From Octopus sinensis (taxonomy: Eukaryota): DNA of 64,000 bases. The stretch is taken from the NCBI RefSeq assembly GCF_006345805.1, contig NC_043005.1, forward strand, positions 45,570,001-45,634,000, given 5' to 3'. Below the pieces are notes generated by a model. It made no database searches. It saw only the letters and a program-made list of their open reading frames with translations, and was not told the DNA's origin. Below, one piece after another: positions 50,351 through 63,955 of this stretch. The translations under genes and the position numbers were made by a program. How positions within the stretch are numbered: the first letter of the stretch is position 1; each line of letters begins with the position of its first letter.

Positions 50351-50735
50351 AGGCGCAGGAGTAGCTTGCTTACCAACCACATGGTTCTGGGTTCAGTCCC
50401 ACTGCGTGGCACTTTGGGCAAGTGTCTTCTACTATAGCCTCGGGCTGACCAAAGCCTTGTGAGTGGATTTGGTAGACAGAAACTGAAAGAAGCCCGTCGT
50501 ATATATGTATATGTGTGTGTGTGTGTGTGTGTGTTTGTGTGTCTGTGTTTGTACCCATAACATCACTTGACAACCGATGCTGGTGTGTTTACTTCCCCGT
50601 AACTTAGCGGTTCACCAAAAGAGACCGATAGAATAAGTAGTAGGCTTACATAGAATAAGTCCTGGGGTTGATGTGCTCAACTAAATGCGGTGCCCCAGCA
50701 TGGCCGCAGTCAAATGACTGAAACAAGTAAAAGAG
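50351..50735 (+). mobile_element. SINE type B
   Basis: Matches 7264-7657. Confidence 0.85.
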
Positions 50736-52877
50736 TAAATGAGTATGCATGCATGAGAGACTTCAATGTCAATCTGTACCATGTGGCTTCACTCTGTCTA
50801 CTTTAGATTTGTTACCATAGCAACAGTCCCACTACTTTTCAATCTGACCTGGTAAATATATGAATACATTGTCTCTGATGGGATAAACTATGTCAGAGGC
50901 ATATTTTAAAGAGTCAGTTCCTCTGTGATGTTCTTTTTTTGTTGAAAAAATCTGAAGGAAATTGGCTTACAATAAGAGAGAAACCCCCAAATTGACTCAT
51001 AGCTTCTTTGATCATGGCAGAATTTGAACTCAGAACATAAAGAGACAAAATAAATACTGCCAAACTGAACTGGCACTCTGTTGGTTATGACACCGAGGGT
51101 TCCAAGTTGATTCGATCAATGGAACAGCCTGTTCGTAAAATTAACATGCAAGTGGCTGAGCACTTCACAGACACATGTACCCTTAATGTAGTTCTTAGGG
51201 AGATACAGCATGACACAGAGTGTGACAAGGCTGACCCTTTGAAATACAGGTATAATTCATTTTTGCCAGCTGAGTGGAATGGAGCAATGTGAAATAAAGT
51301 GTCTTGCTCAAGGACACAATGCATTGCTGGGAATTGAACTCACAATCTCACAAATGTGAGCCAAGTACCCTAACCATTAAGCCATGCACCTTCCCAAATT
51401 GGCAGACTCACTAAAACATGAGACAAAATGTCTTGTTGTTATCAAAATTTAAGTTCAAATATGTGCGTGAGATATTTTAACTTTCGAAGGTAATTTCACA
51501 GCAGTTACCAAGGAGAAAAAATTTCCCCTAATGGTAAAGGTGTAAATACACCATTATCATTCAGTGGTACCTTCTACTAAACCCCTTCATGCCTTTGTTC
51601 AACTTATCTCTTCAAGGCATCCTCCCCCCACCACAATGGCTGCCATCCAATGACTGAAACAAGTAAAAGACGAAAAGATAAAAGATGTGTGTGTGTGTGT
51701 GGTGTGTGTGTGTGTGTGTGTGTGTGTTTGTGTGTCTGTGTTTGTACCCATAACATCACTTGACAACCGATGCTGGTGTGTTTACTTCCCCGTAACTTAG
51801 CGGTTCACCAAAAGAGACCGATAGAATAAGTAGTAGGCTTACATAGAATAAGTCCTGGGGTGATGTGCTCAACTAAATGCGGTGCCCCAGCATGGCCGCA
51901 GTCAAATGACTGAAACAAGTAAAAGAGTAAATGAGTATGCATGCATGAGAGACTTCAATGTCAATCTGTACCATGTGGCTTCACTCTGTCTACTTTAGAT
52001 TTGTTACCATAGCAACAGTCCCACTACTTTTCAATCTGACCTGGTATATATATGAATACATTGTCTCTGATGGGATAAACTATGTCAGAGGCATATTTTA
52101 AAGAGTCAGTTCCTCTGTGATGTTCTTTTTTTGTTGAAAAAATCTGAAGGAAATTGGCTTACAATAAGAGAGAAACCCCCAAATTGACTCATAGCTTCTT
52201 TGATCATGGCAGAATTTGAACTCAGAACATAAAGAGACAAAATAAATACTGCCAAACTGAACTGGCACTCTGTTGGTTATGACACCGAGGGTTCCAAGTT
52301 GATTCGATCAATGGAACAGCCTGTTCGTAAAATTAACATGCAAGTGGCTGAGCACTTCACAGACACATGTACCCTTAATGTAGTTCTTAGGGAGATACAG
52401 CATGACACAGAGTGTGACAAGGCTGACCCTTTGAAATACAGGTATAATTCATTTTTGCCAGCTGAGTGGAATGGAGCAATGTGAAATAAAGTGTCTTGCT
52501 CAAGGACACAATGCATTGCTGGGAATTGAACTCACAATCTCACAAATGTGAGCCAAGTACCCTAACCATTAAGCCATGCACCTTCCCAAATTGGCAGACT
52601 CACTAAAACATGAGACAAAATGTCTTGTTGTTATCAAAATTTAAGTTCAAATATGTGCGTGAGATATTTTAACTTTCGAAGGTAATTTCACAGCAGTTTA
52701 CCAAGGAGAAAAAATTTCCCCTAATGGTAAAGGTGTAAATACACCATTATCATTCAGTGGTACCTTCTACTAAACCCCTTCATGCCTTTGTTCAACTTAT
52801 CTCTTCAAGGCATCCTCCCCCCACCACAATGGCTGCCATCCAATGACTGAAACAAGTAAAAGACGAAAAGATAAAAG

Positions 52878-52908
<31 letters not shown>
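50520..52908. repeat. Near-identical tandem duplication, unit 1192-1193 bp
   Basis: 50535-51686 is repeated at 51727-52879; the ORF pair 51085/52277 is identical; junctions lie in (GT)n. Confidence 0.97.
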
Positions 52909-52911
<3 letters not shown>

Positions 52912-53044
52912 CCTTGTCTTGAAACAGGTGTGGGTTGGCAACAGGAAAGGAGTCTGACCATAGAAAATTTGCCTCAACAAATTCTATCTGATCTGTGTAA
53001 GCATGGAAGAGTGGGTGTTAAATGATAATGATTTAGATATGAAC

Positions 53045-53289
53045 CAATAATTTATCTTTTTATCTTTTATCATTTACTTGTTTCAGTTATTAGTTTGTGG
53101 ACATTTTAGGGCACCGTCTTGAAGAATTTTTTGTCAAATGTATCGACCCCAGTACTTATTTCTTTCTTTATAAGCCTTGTATTTATTCTATCAGTCTCTT
53201 TTACTGAACCGCCAGGTTACAGGGGCATAGACACACCAGCATAGGTTGACCAGCGGTAGTGGGGAGACAAACACAAACACACACACATG

Positions 53290-53327
<38 letters not shown>

Positions 53328-53565
53328 CACACACACACATACACACACTCACACACACACAAACACACACACACATACACACACTCACACACACACAAAC
53401 ACACACACAGGCTTCTTTCAGTTTCTATCTACCAAATCCACTCACAAGGCTTTGGTCAGCTTGAGGCTACAGTAGAAGAGACTTGCTCAAGGTGTTGCAT
53501 AGTGGAACTGAACCTGGGAACATGTGGTTCAGAAGCAAGCTTCTTACTACACAACCGTATCTGCA
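53045..53565 (-). mobile_element. SINE type B with expanded (CA)n centre
   Basis: Reverse complement of the type B head and tail. Confidence 0.75.
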
Positions 53566-53981
53566 CCTATTGCAAAGAAACAAGCAAATAAAATTGCAAA
53601 TTGTTACTCAAACAATGTGTCTATTCATAGCAGTAATGAGTTGTGTTTTCTCTGGATAGCTTTTATAAATAAGCTACAAGATTAATATCACTGCTAGAGA
53701 GCACAGCTTCCATGCTATGAGCCACTAATCTTTTGAATTAGTAAGTTGGCACCAAAGGGACTTGACCAGTTGCAACTCTCCTCTTACGACTACATATCTG
53801 AAACATGATACATTCCTTTACATGGCAGAAAACAATAATAGAACAGCAACAATAATTTATTAGATGCATGAATTTAAAGAACCAGCCAACCCATAATTAC
53901 ATGGTTTTGAAAAAGTATATCTTAAATCAATACTGTAGAGTGATGGTCATTTGATTACAAAGTAAAATGTTAACCAATTTT

Positions 53982-54065
53982 TTTATTTTATATTGGGACC
54001 ACTTCATTTACATGGATAATATCCATGTGGAAAGATATGAACATCTCAAAATCATAATTTTCTCC
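53982..54065 (+). pseudogene. Possible decayed TIR remnant
   Basis: FILYWDHFIYMDNIHVERYEHLKIIIFS resembles LCLYxRDF..I.DNI...S.K.I.VLS with deletions. Confidence 0.25.
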
Positions 54066-54129
54066 AGCCTCCAGGGTTTAATCTTTTGTAAAAATAGCAT
54101 AATATAATATGGATGCATATGTATATTAA

Positions 54130-54186
<57 letters not shown>

Positions 54187-55221
54187 TGTGTGTACCTATA
54201 CATTTACATACAAACACATCTATATATATATATACACGCACATACACATATATGTATATACATATACATACATACAAATATATATACATATACATATACA
54301 CATATATATATACACATACACATATGTGTATACATATATATATATATACATATGTATGTATAAATGTATGTATGTATGTTTGTATGTATGTATATATATT
54401 TGTGTTAGTGTAAGTGTGCATGTAAAAGTATTTTGTGTGCATATGTTACTCGTAAGATTGACATAATTGAAACAATTATTAATTGAGTAAAATAGCTATC
54501 TTTAGCATTATGGATTTTCCAATTCAAAAATTACCATTGACAGCTAACATGAGAATTGTAATTCTTTTTTTTTTTTACCTTTTTCACACTTTAAAAATTA
54601 TATTTTCATCCTAAATGTGTGCTCAGATAATAATGATCTATTATATCCCAACAGCTAATTAGGAACAATTTTGCATCTACTGACAACTGTATCTTTATCA
54701 GCATGAAGCCTCATGAAACAGGCAGCGTAGATTATACAGTCCAGTTGCTGTTGTTGTTTTTAGATTCACTTTTCTCGCATTTTGTGTGTGTGTCTGTGTC
54801 TGTGTCTTTGTGCAAGCGTGTGTGCATACGTGTTAGTGTGTTGTCTTTATCAGTGAGAAGTCAAGTCATTAGTTAGAGATTAGACATGTCATCTTCTATG
54901 GATTCCCAGTTGGAAGTCTTGACTCTGATACAGCTATCTTATGCAACTGGGACTTAAAACAGCTGATTGCTAGCAGTATATATAATTTGTTTGCAGTTCT
55001 AATCAATGCTTTTTATCTTGGAAAAATTTTTCTTAGCAAGCATGATTGCTTGAAATATTCAGCATTAGTGTGACGAGTGATGTAGAGTATGCAGATTGAT
55101 AAATTCTTCAGTGAACCAAGTCTGCAAGCCAATTTTAAATTCACCAATTGAAAATGTAACTAAGCTTCTAATTCCATTCAGAAAATAATGAACACTACAA
55201 CTTCATGTTCCCTTCATGCCT

Positions 55222-55292
<71 letters not shown>

Positions 55293-55598
55293 TATAAATG
55301 TGTGTATGTGTGTGTGTGTGTGTGCATACAAAAATCAATTTTCATTATCAGTAGTTTTATTTAAATATTCTTCTAAAACTGTGTATTTTTATCATATCTG
55401 GAAGATATTATAAATACACTATGTAAAATACATTATGTTCCATATTTATTTCTTTTTACTTATTTTTGTAGTGCTGTTTATTTTGTGATTTTCCTGCAAA
55501 ACATCAGTGGCTTATAAGTTATATTTTTAAATAGTTTTCTGAATGTTTTCAATTTCATATTACTTTATTCTGTAAAGAGAGAAGATATAGCCATTTCA

Positions 55599-55637
<39 letters not shown>

Positions 55638-57446
55638 TTTAAGTTCAGTTCTAGTTCTCAAAGGTATGTTGTTTGATATCATGACAGATGATTATTTAAT
55701 GTTTAACTTGTTTAATATGATATCAATGATATCTTTGGAAATCTATTTTTTAATCTATTTGAGATATCATTATCATTGTCATCGTCATCATCGTCATCAT
55801 GATCATGATCATGATGATCACCATCATCTGCTGTTCAATGCTTGCATAGGCAGAATGAAATTTTTTGAGGCTGCATTTTGTGGTCAAAATCTCTTCCCAA
55901 TGTCAATCTTTATTTGTACTTTATGATCCCACTGGTCTTCAGTGTTAAGTTAGGAAGCATATTGTTTATGTATGATATGAACAGTCATCACTGCATCCCA
56001 AGTGGTGTCAATGATAAGACAAGTGATGAAGACAAGCACACACACACAAACATACACACACACGCAAACATACACACACACACAAACACACACGTGTGCG
56101 CATGCACACACAAACTCACACACACATACACACAGTTTCCTGTAAAGTTTCTGTCCATCAAATTTCACTCACAAGGCACTGATTGACTCTGGATCAAACT
56201 CAGAACCATGTGGTTGTGAAGCAAACTTAAATCATACAGCCATGCCTACCCCTTAGCACTGATAGGTACTTACAATATGAGGGCTTCTTAGGCAGGGATC
56301 CCTATCTAGTTACTGATTAAGATTAATGTTGCTTAACTTAGATTATCCAGTGAGAACTGATACTTTCATTGTTATGTCGCCATCCATTAACTCTTTTGAG
56401 ATATGCGGTGTTTTGGTATCTGTAGCCAAAAAGACCAAAATTTATTTTCTATTGAGGTACATCTAGGGAAAGATGATCTCTGATTGGCTATTACACTTCA
56501 AAACAAACCATTCACAACATTTGTTCTGTTAGGCTGACAGATCAGCCTCAAAGTCCTTTCAGCTTGTATCACTTGGGGTGGTCAGTCAACCTGGGTGTCC
56601 CAAGAGAATTAATTGTCTACAATGTATGTGACAGAGTTACAGTGAGAGAAGTTAAGGAGCTGGTCATAAGTTCAAAACTTTATGTTTGACTTTATTTTGT
56701 GCTTTATTTCACTCCAGATTGCCTGGTTTCTAAGAACAGGTTCCACTCCTATATTTCACAATTGAGTTGCTAGTGTTAGAAGAATAGCCAGCCTACAGGA
56801 AAAAAAATTTGCCACAGAATCACAGATCCAATATCGTCCATGCTAGCATAGGATAAAAATGGACTTAAAACAACAATAATAATGTCTCACCGACTACCTC
56901 ATATTCTGTCATTTCTATTCCTTTGCCACATGTGTCAATAACATTAATCATCACTCTTTAGAACATATGGTACAATAATTTGTTATATCTTCCCAGTACT
57001 CTAGTCCATCCATCTGAATGGAAGCAGTCATCTCAATCTGTAAGTGTTATTAGAGACTCAAAATTATAAATTATTCATTTATTCCTTTATTCCAAATACA
57101 ACACATTTGAGGGAATGATTTATTTTTGCCCATTTATGTTTCAAAGCTTCTATGGCATATTTTTTTTCCTTCTGAAATGAATATAGACATATGTATATAA
57201 CCTCAGACAAGTGTTACTGGTTGTCTCAATCAGATTTTTCCATGTAATCTATATTCTACTTTTGATTCAAGCAATATCCATCACACACCAAACTCATCTT
57301 ACACACACACACACATGCTCGCACACACGCATGCATGCATGCACACACACACACACACATACACACAAACACAAGCAGCTATCACTTGATGTATATTTTA
57401 CTTAACAATGAAGAAGTTTACAATAATGAAAACCAGTAAACTAGAG

Positions 57447-57835
57447 CAGTGGTTCTCAACCAGAGTACATATGACACTTAAGGGGCCATCTGACCCTTGT
57501 GGTGGTGGTGGTGGTGGTGGGGGTCCATATAAAATTTTGTTGTTAAAAATTTATGTGCAATAAATTTGCTATATGTGGTGTTGGCAGTGTTATGGGCTGT
57601 GATGAGCTATGTGGTGTTGGTGGAGAGGATGACAGATAAGGTGGGCGGAAGTAAGGCTTGCAGGGGCGGGCTTCTACACTACTGAAAATATTTTAACAAT
57701 TTTTTCACAATTCCTAATATTTAATTATGAAAATATGATAATAGGATTTTTTAAACATTGAATGGCTATGAGTGTCAACCTGAGTTAAATAGGAATCAGA
57801 GGGACCCACAGGTTAAAAATAGCTGAGTACCACTA
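57447..57835. mobile_element. hAT (Charlie-like) MITE
   Basis: cagtggttctcaac ... gctgagtaccacta; degenerate 8-bp TSD aactagag / aatttgag. Confidence 0.65.
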
Positions 57836-58095
57836 AATTTGAGGGTGAACTCTGAGAAATGAGAATTCTAAACTGGAAATTATTGTTATGAAAATAAATT
57901 ATAGGAATTTCTTAGTGAATAGAGTTTACAACTGTTTTTTGTTTTTTCCTTTTTTAAGTTTTTTTTTTGTGAACGTTATGTGCAAGAGTATGAATGTCAT
58001 AACTTCCTACTGCTTTTCTCCTATATGTCTGATTGTTTCATGCTTTTTAAAAGAAATCCTTACTATTTCTGTCAAGCAAAATTCTATTCTTTGGT

Positions 58096-58288
58096 TTAAC
58101 CCTTTAACATTCACATTGATTTGAATTAATCATGCATTATCTTGTAGTTTTGAAATTTCAATGAAATAACTGTTAATTTTTATGATGATATTGTATGATG
58201 GGGGAAGAGGCTACACCTGACCAGTTTGAACATAAAATAGGTAATACATTTTAACCAGATATGGCTGGTTTAAGTGCTAAAGAGTTAA
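58096..58288. mobile_element. TTAA-type (piggyBac-like) MITE
   Basis: TTAAccctttaaca ... tgctaaagagTTAA. Confidence 0.7.
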
Positions 58289-59213
58289 ACTTCTATTCTT
58301 TTAAATAACAGGTGCCGGAATTTGAACCAACTTGCATATATTTTACACCTTATTTTATCCCACTACAGTAGAGCAGTGAATGATAATCAGTTGCTTAACC
58401 TTTCATGATCAGCAGTGTCAACACATGATCAACCTTATTGGTCTTGCTCCAGAAAATATGTTCCCTATTTTTGGCATCTTTGTTAACTGGGAAAATATGG
58501 AAATCTTTTGAGTTCAAGAAACACAGTTTTTGATGTCTGTCTATAGTGAATTTAAAATAATGAATGGGCTGGTGTACATCAGTCACAAAATATAGACTAT
58601 AATTATAAATTGGGTTAAGATCCAATAGCAATTTAGACCAAAATACTAAGGAGTCTTTTGTCTGAGGCTGAACAATACAATGGCTTCTCTAGACCCAAGG
58701 GAGGGGAACTCAAGTGAGTGACTTGTTACAGCTTATATTGCCAAGTTGTTCTTGGCCCCTGTGCCTATCTTCAGCGAGTTGGACTGGCTATTTAAAATTC
58801 AACTATCTTGGTCATAATAACTAAATGTACAATAACAGTACAGGCAGTAACAACTGTCAACAATTCCTGGAAAAAGCCTCCTAGTACCATTAACTGCTGA
58901 TGGGGCTTTTAACCACCTCTGTGATATTAGAAAGAATACCATAAGATAAACAAAATTTTTCTTTGTGCAATGCACAGCCTGCAAGCACTTCTATCTCATA
59001 AGTTGACAGCATAGCCTTCTAGTTTCAAAGAAGCTCTCAGCCAATACTCAATTCTCCTTGATCAAGACAGTTCTATTAGCTAAAAAATCTTCCACATGGC
59101 TGTGTGGTAAGTAGTTTGATTCCCAACCACATGTTCTGGGTTCAGTCCCACTGCATGGCACTTTGGGCAAGTGGATTTGGTAGACTGAGACTGAAAGAAG
59201 ACTGTCATATATA

Positions 59214-60926
59214 TATATATATATGTAGGTCCCGGGTTGAGTCGGGGTTAACCACAGTAAATAAGGTGCTCAATACATAGCAGAGTAAATTAATTTATTT
59301 TATAGAAGGAGCTTCTACAGGACTAGAACTGTTTCATTCAAAAGAAATCATCAGGAAGCTAGTAGACAAGAGTTGTTTTGGCATTTATACATTTAGGCAG
59401 GTTTAAATGGGTGGTGATGGGGGACTTTTTTGGGGGTAGGCATGGCGCAAAAACGTCATTATTAGGGGAGTGGTCAAAGGAATCGGTGGTAAAGTAGATA
59501 AATGAATAAATAAAAGAATAAAAAAATAAAAAAATAAAAAAAATATATATAAATAGAAAAATAGAGTTTTAGGTAAGTAGGGAGACTCACACTTGTACAT
59601 CTACATATATATATATATATACACATATATACACCCGCATATTCACATATATCTATACATATACATACATACCCACATATACATACATATATATATATAT
59701 ACCTACACATACACATACACATATATATACATATATATACACATACATACACATACCCATGTACGTACACACAGATACACATATACATACATATACATAC
59801 ACATATGTATACCCACTCGCACATATATATATAAATGCATATACATGCACACACATACACACACATTTTTATTCTCTTATTTTAATTTTATTATTACTAC
59901 TTTTGTTTATATATATGTTTATATATATATATATGTGTATGTATGTGTGTATGTGTATATATGTATGAATGTATATGTGTATGTATATGTATATGAATAT
60001 ATATGTATATATATATATATGTATATGTGTATGTATATGTATGTATGTGTATGTATGTGTATATGTATATGTGTATATATATTAATTAGTGTATATGTAT
60101 GGACTAGTCTTCTGTGGGTGTGTTGAGGTATGTATGTGTATGCGTGTATGTGAATATACGTGAATGTATGTAGATGTATGCGTGTATGAATATAACACGT
60201 GCGTGTGTGTATGTGTGAGTGTGTGGGCGTGAGTGAGTGCTTGCGTTTGTACCAGTAAGTAGATAGATAAACGGAATCTTTATATCATCCCTTGAGACCG
60301 GCTGACCGGTCAAGATAAAAATAAAGATATAAACAAAAGTAGTAATAATAAAATTAAAATAAGAGAATAAAAATGTGTGCATATGTGTGTGCATGTATAT
60401 GCATTTGTATATATATGTGCAAGTGGGTATACATATGTGTATGTATATGTATGTATATGTGTATCTGTGTGTACGTACATGGGTATGTGTATGTATGTGT
60501 ATATATATGTATATATATGTGTATGTGTATGTGTAGGTATATATATATATATGTGTATGTGGGTATGTATGTATATGTATAGATATATGTGAATATGCGG
60601 GTGTATATATGTGTATATATATATATATGTAGATGTACAAGTGTGAGTCTCCCTACTTACCTAAAACTCTATTTTTCTATTTATATATTTTTTTTTTTAT
60701 TCTTTTATTTATTCTTTTATCTACTTTACCACCGATTCCTTTGACCACTCCCCTAATAATGACGTTTTTGCGCCATGCCTACCCCCAAAAAAGTCCCCCA
60801 CCACCACCACCACCCATTTAAATCTGCCTAAATGTATAAATGCCAAAACAACTCTTGTCTACTAGCTTCCTGATGATTTCTTTTGAATGAAACAGTTCTA
60901 GTCCTGTAGAAGCTCCTTCTATAAAA

Positions 60927-60930
<4 letters not shown>
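59214..60930. mobile_element. Foldback-like long inverted repeat element
   Basis: Arms 59294-59912 and 60327-60930 are reverse complements, including the internal microsatellite-like tracts. Spacer 414 bp; (TA)n on both sides. Confidence 0.8.
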
Positions 60931-60958
<28 letters not shown>

Positions 60959-60959
60959 T

Positions 60960-61305
60960 ATCATCATCATCATCATCATTATCATCATCATCATTTAACG
61001 TCCACTTTCCATGCTGGCATGGGTTGGACGGTTCGACTGGGGTCTGGGAAGCCAGGAGGCTGCACCAGGCTCCAACCTGATCTGACAGTGTTTCTACAGC
61101 TGGATGCCCTTCCTAATGCCAACCTCTCCAAGAGTGTAGTGGGTGCTTTGTATGTGCCACCCACACAGGGACCAGAGGAGGCTGGCAATGACCACGATCA
61201 GTTGGTGCTTTTTACGTGCAACTGGCACGGAAGCCAGTCAAGACAGTGCTGGTATCAGCCACGTTTGGATAGTGCTTTTTACATGCCACCAGCATGGGGA
61301 TCACA
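60960..61305 (-). mobile_element. SINE type D
   Basis: (CAT)n then ttaacgtccactttccatgctggcatgggttggacggttcgac, the reverse complement of 1-70. Confidence 0.8.
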
Positions 61306-61308
61306 ACT

Positions 61309-61412
<104 letters not shown>

Positions 61413-63232
61413 CATGTTTCTTTATTAGCCACACAGGGCTGCACACAGATGGGACAGATTACAAAGTAGAGCTTTTCTTTTTTGGGAAAAAAAAAAAAAG
61501 TGGGGTAGGTTTTCGATCAAAAGGGATCGTAAAAGGGAAAGAAGAAAAAAAGGATAAAAAAGGGAAAAGAAACAAAAGAAAAGAAAAAAGAAAAAAGAAG
61601 AATAAAAAGGAAAACAGGGGAAAAAAACGATCAATAGGGATCGTGTATCACAGTGTCATGATGTACGGTGTAAAGGGGGAAGCAGATAAGGTTTATCCGT
61701 GGGAAGAAAAGCCTACAGAAAAGACCACGGTAACCTCAGTCAATATTGTTACATGTTACCACATTTGTTTGCAAGTGGGTAACAGTCTGTTTTCAATTTC
61801 TGGGTTCATAGGATTATGTTCAAGGTGCCATCCTTGCTGCATTCACCCATCTTTTTTTAAAACATTCGCTAGACAAAACTTGCCTCTCTACTCTCACTTT
61901 CCTTTTCAAGTGATACTTGAAGAAGTTGATGAGAGATTGACAGGAGAGGAAAGCATTTGTCTCCAATCCTTTCAGACTCGTTCACCAGATACATTCTTTC
62001 GCCATAGCCACAAGGATGATGAAAATAGCTCTTCCTTCCCGTTTGAAGGAAGAAGGCATGACAATATTGACGATAGACTCAGCTGATTAACCGACTCGTC
62101 CCACATGTGACAGCAGTTGTTCGACATAAGCCCACAGGTCAGAAATTGTTGGACACTGCACGAGTGCATGCAGAATGGTTTCGTTGCTCTGACCGCATCT
62201 GAGGCAGGTCGGCCCCGTGTTTCTCAAGCCGTGTCTGTAGAGCTTATCCCAAATGGGTAGCGCTTCTCGGTAGCACTGCCAGGCCAGGAATCTCTGGAAG
62301 TTGTCCATGGGCCCTGGCTCGAAAGTCGTCCCGAACAGCAGGTCAGGTATTCCTCGTCGACGTCCAGGTTCGCTCCAAGCTCGTTGTCGTACCTCCCCTC
62401 CACTAATCCCCTATAGAATGCTTGGGTTATGTTGGAGTCACTCAAGGTCGACCCGGGATGGTAGAGTTGCTTGAGAGCAACGCGACACTTGCGGTGCCAT
62501 TTGCCCTTCCTCGACCTCTTTTTGATCCACGACTGCGGTTCGGTCATGGAGACGAGTTGCGGGAAAGCATGCCTCATAAACGGCGACCACACCTGTTTAC
62601 CGTCGTCTACGTAGAGCCTGAGGTGTTGCAGTCTCAGCGCATGTCTGCACATCATCAACCACGGCATGCCCAGCCCTCCTTTTAACGGGTGTTGACAGCA
62701 AATGGATCGCCTGACCATCGGGACGCATCCTTTCCACAAGAAGCGAAAGAGAATGTGTTCTAGTTTGGTGACGGTAGGGTCGAGACAAGGCACGACGGTC
62801 AGGCGGTAGTAGATGACGGAAGCGATGTACAAGTTCACCACCTCCGTCCGACCTTTTAGGGACAGTTTCCTCTCGGCCCATTGCTGGGCGAGAGTGATCA
62901 CCCCTACTCATTATCTCGTTCCAGTTCTTCTCCATTTGGAGGTCCAGACCAAACCAGACCCCGAGCACCTCGACCGGACCGTCGGTCCAGCGTCCCACGA
63001 TGGAGGCGCTGGTGGACGGCATGGGCTTGCTTCTACAGGTGCCAAGTCGCAAGCCCACTGATTTTTCCTGGTTGATTTTCGCTCCTGTCACCGCTTCGTA
63101 GTTTTTCAGTGTCTCGCCGACCTGCGCAATGTGCTCGTGGCTAGACACTATGACAGTGACGTCGTCCGCGTATGCAGACACGCTCGTCCCGCATCCCAGT
63201 TCTCACGGGATGCCCCTCAGAGTTGCCAGCAA
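61413..63232 (-). mobile_element. 5'-truncated Tx1-clade (L1-like) LINE
   Basis: SAYADDVTVIV...YEAVTGAKINQEKS, RKLSLKGR...RFLWKG...KGGLGMP, and CCHC region CLRCGQSNETILHALVQC. GC-rich with few lesions; AATAAA at the 3' end; (GATA)n on both sides. Confidence 0.92.
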
Positions 63233-63302
<70 letters not shown>

Positions 63303-63480
63303 GATATAGATAAGTAGTATGAATATAAGTATGTATGTATGTATGTAGGTAGGTAAGTAGGTAGGTAGGTAGGTAGGTAGGTAGGTAGGTAGGTAGGTAG
63401 GTAGAAAGGTGGGTTGACAGACTGGTAGATAGATAGATGGATTGATGGACGGATATATATAGATAAGCAGCAGACAGACT

Positions 63481-63559
<79 letters not shown>

Positions 63560-63736
63560 GGATGGATGGATGGATGGATGGATGGATGATGGATGGATGG
63601 ATGGATGATATAGATAAGTAGTATGTATATAAGTATGTATGTATGTATGTATGTATGTATGTATGTATGTAGGTAGGTAGGTAGGTAGATGGATTGATGG
63701 ACAGATATATATAGATAAGCAGCAAACAGACAGACT

Positions 63737-63811
<75 letters not shown>

Positions 63812-63859
63812 GATGGATGGATGGATGGATGGATGGATGGATGGATGGATGGATGGATG

Positions 63860-63953
<94 letters not shown>

Positions 63954-63955
63954 CG
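63233..63955. repeat. Compound (GATA)/(GGTA)/(GGAT)/(GTAT) microsatellite with ~300-bp higher-order duplication
   Basis: The block atgatatagataagtagtatg.atataagtatg...ggattgatggac.gatatatatagataagcagca occurs twice (about 63301 and 63605). Confidence 0.95.

Noticed and set aside
51085-52516. Two identical 79-aa ORFs as a duplicated gene
   Set aside because: They are translations of SINE type A inside the tandem duplication; similar ORFs arise at 309 and 8945.
58395-58631. 78-aa minus-strand ORF as an exon
   Set aside because: No recognisable domain, weak donor, and no partner exons.
61643-62086. 147-aa + strand ORF
   Set aside because: Antisense to the Tx1 ORF2 C-terminus and 3' UTR.
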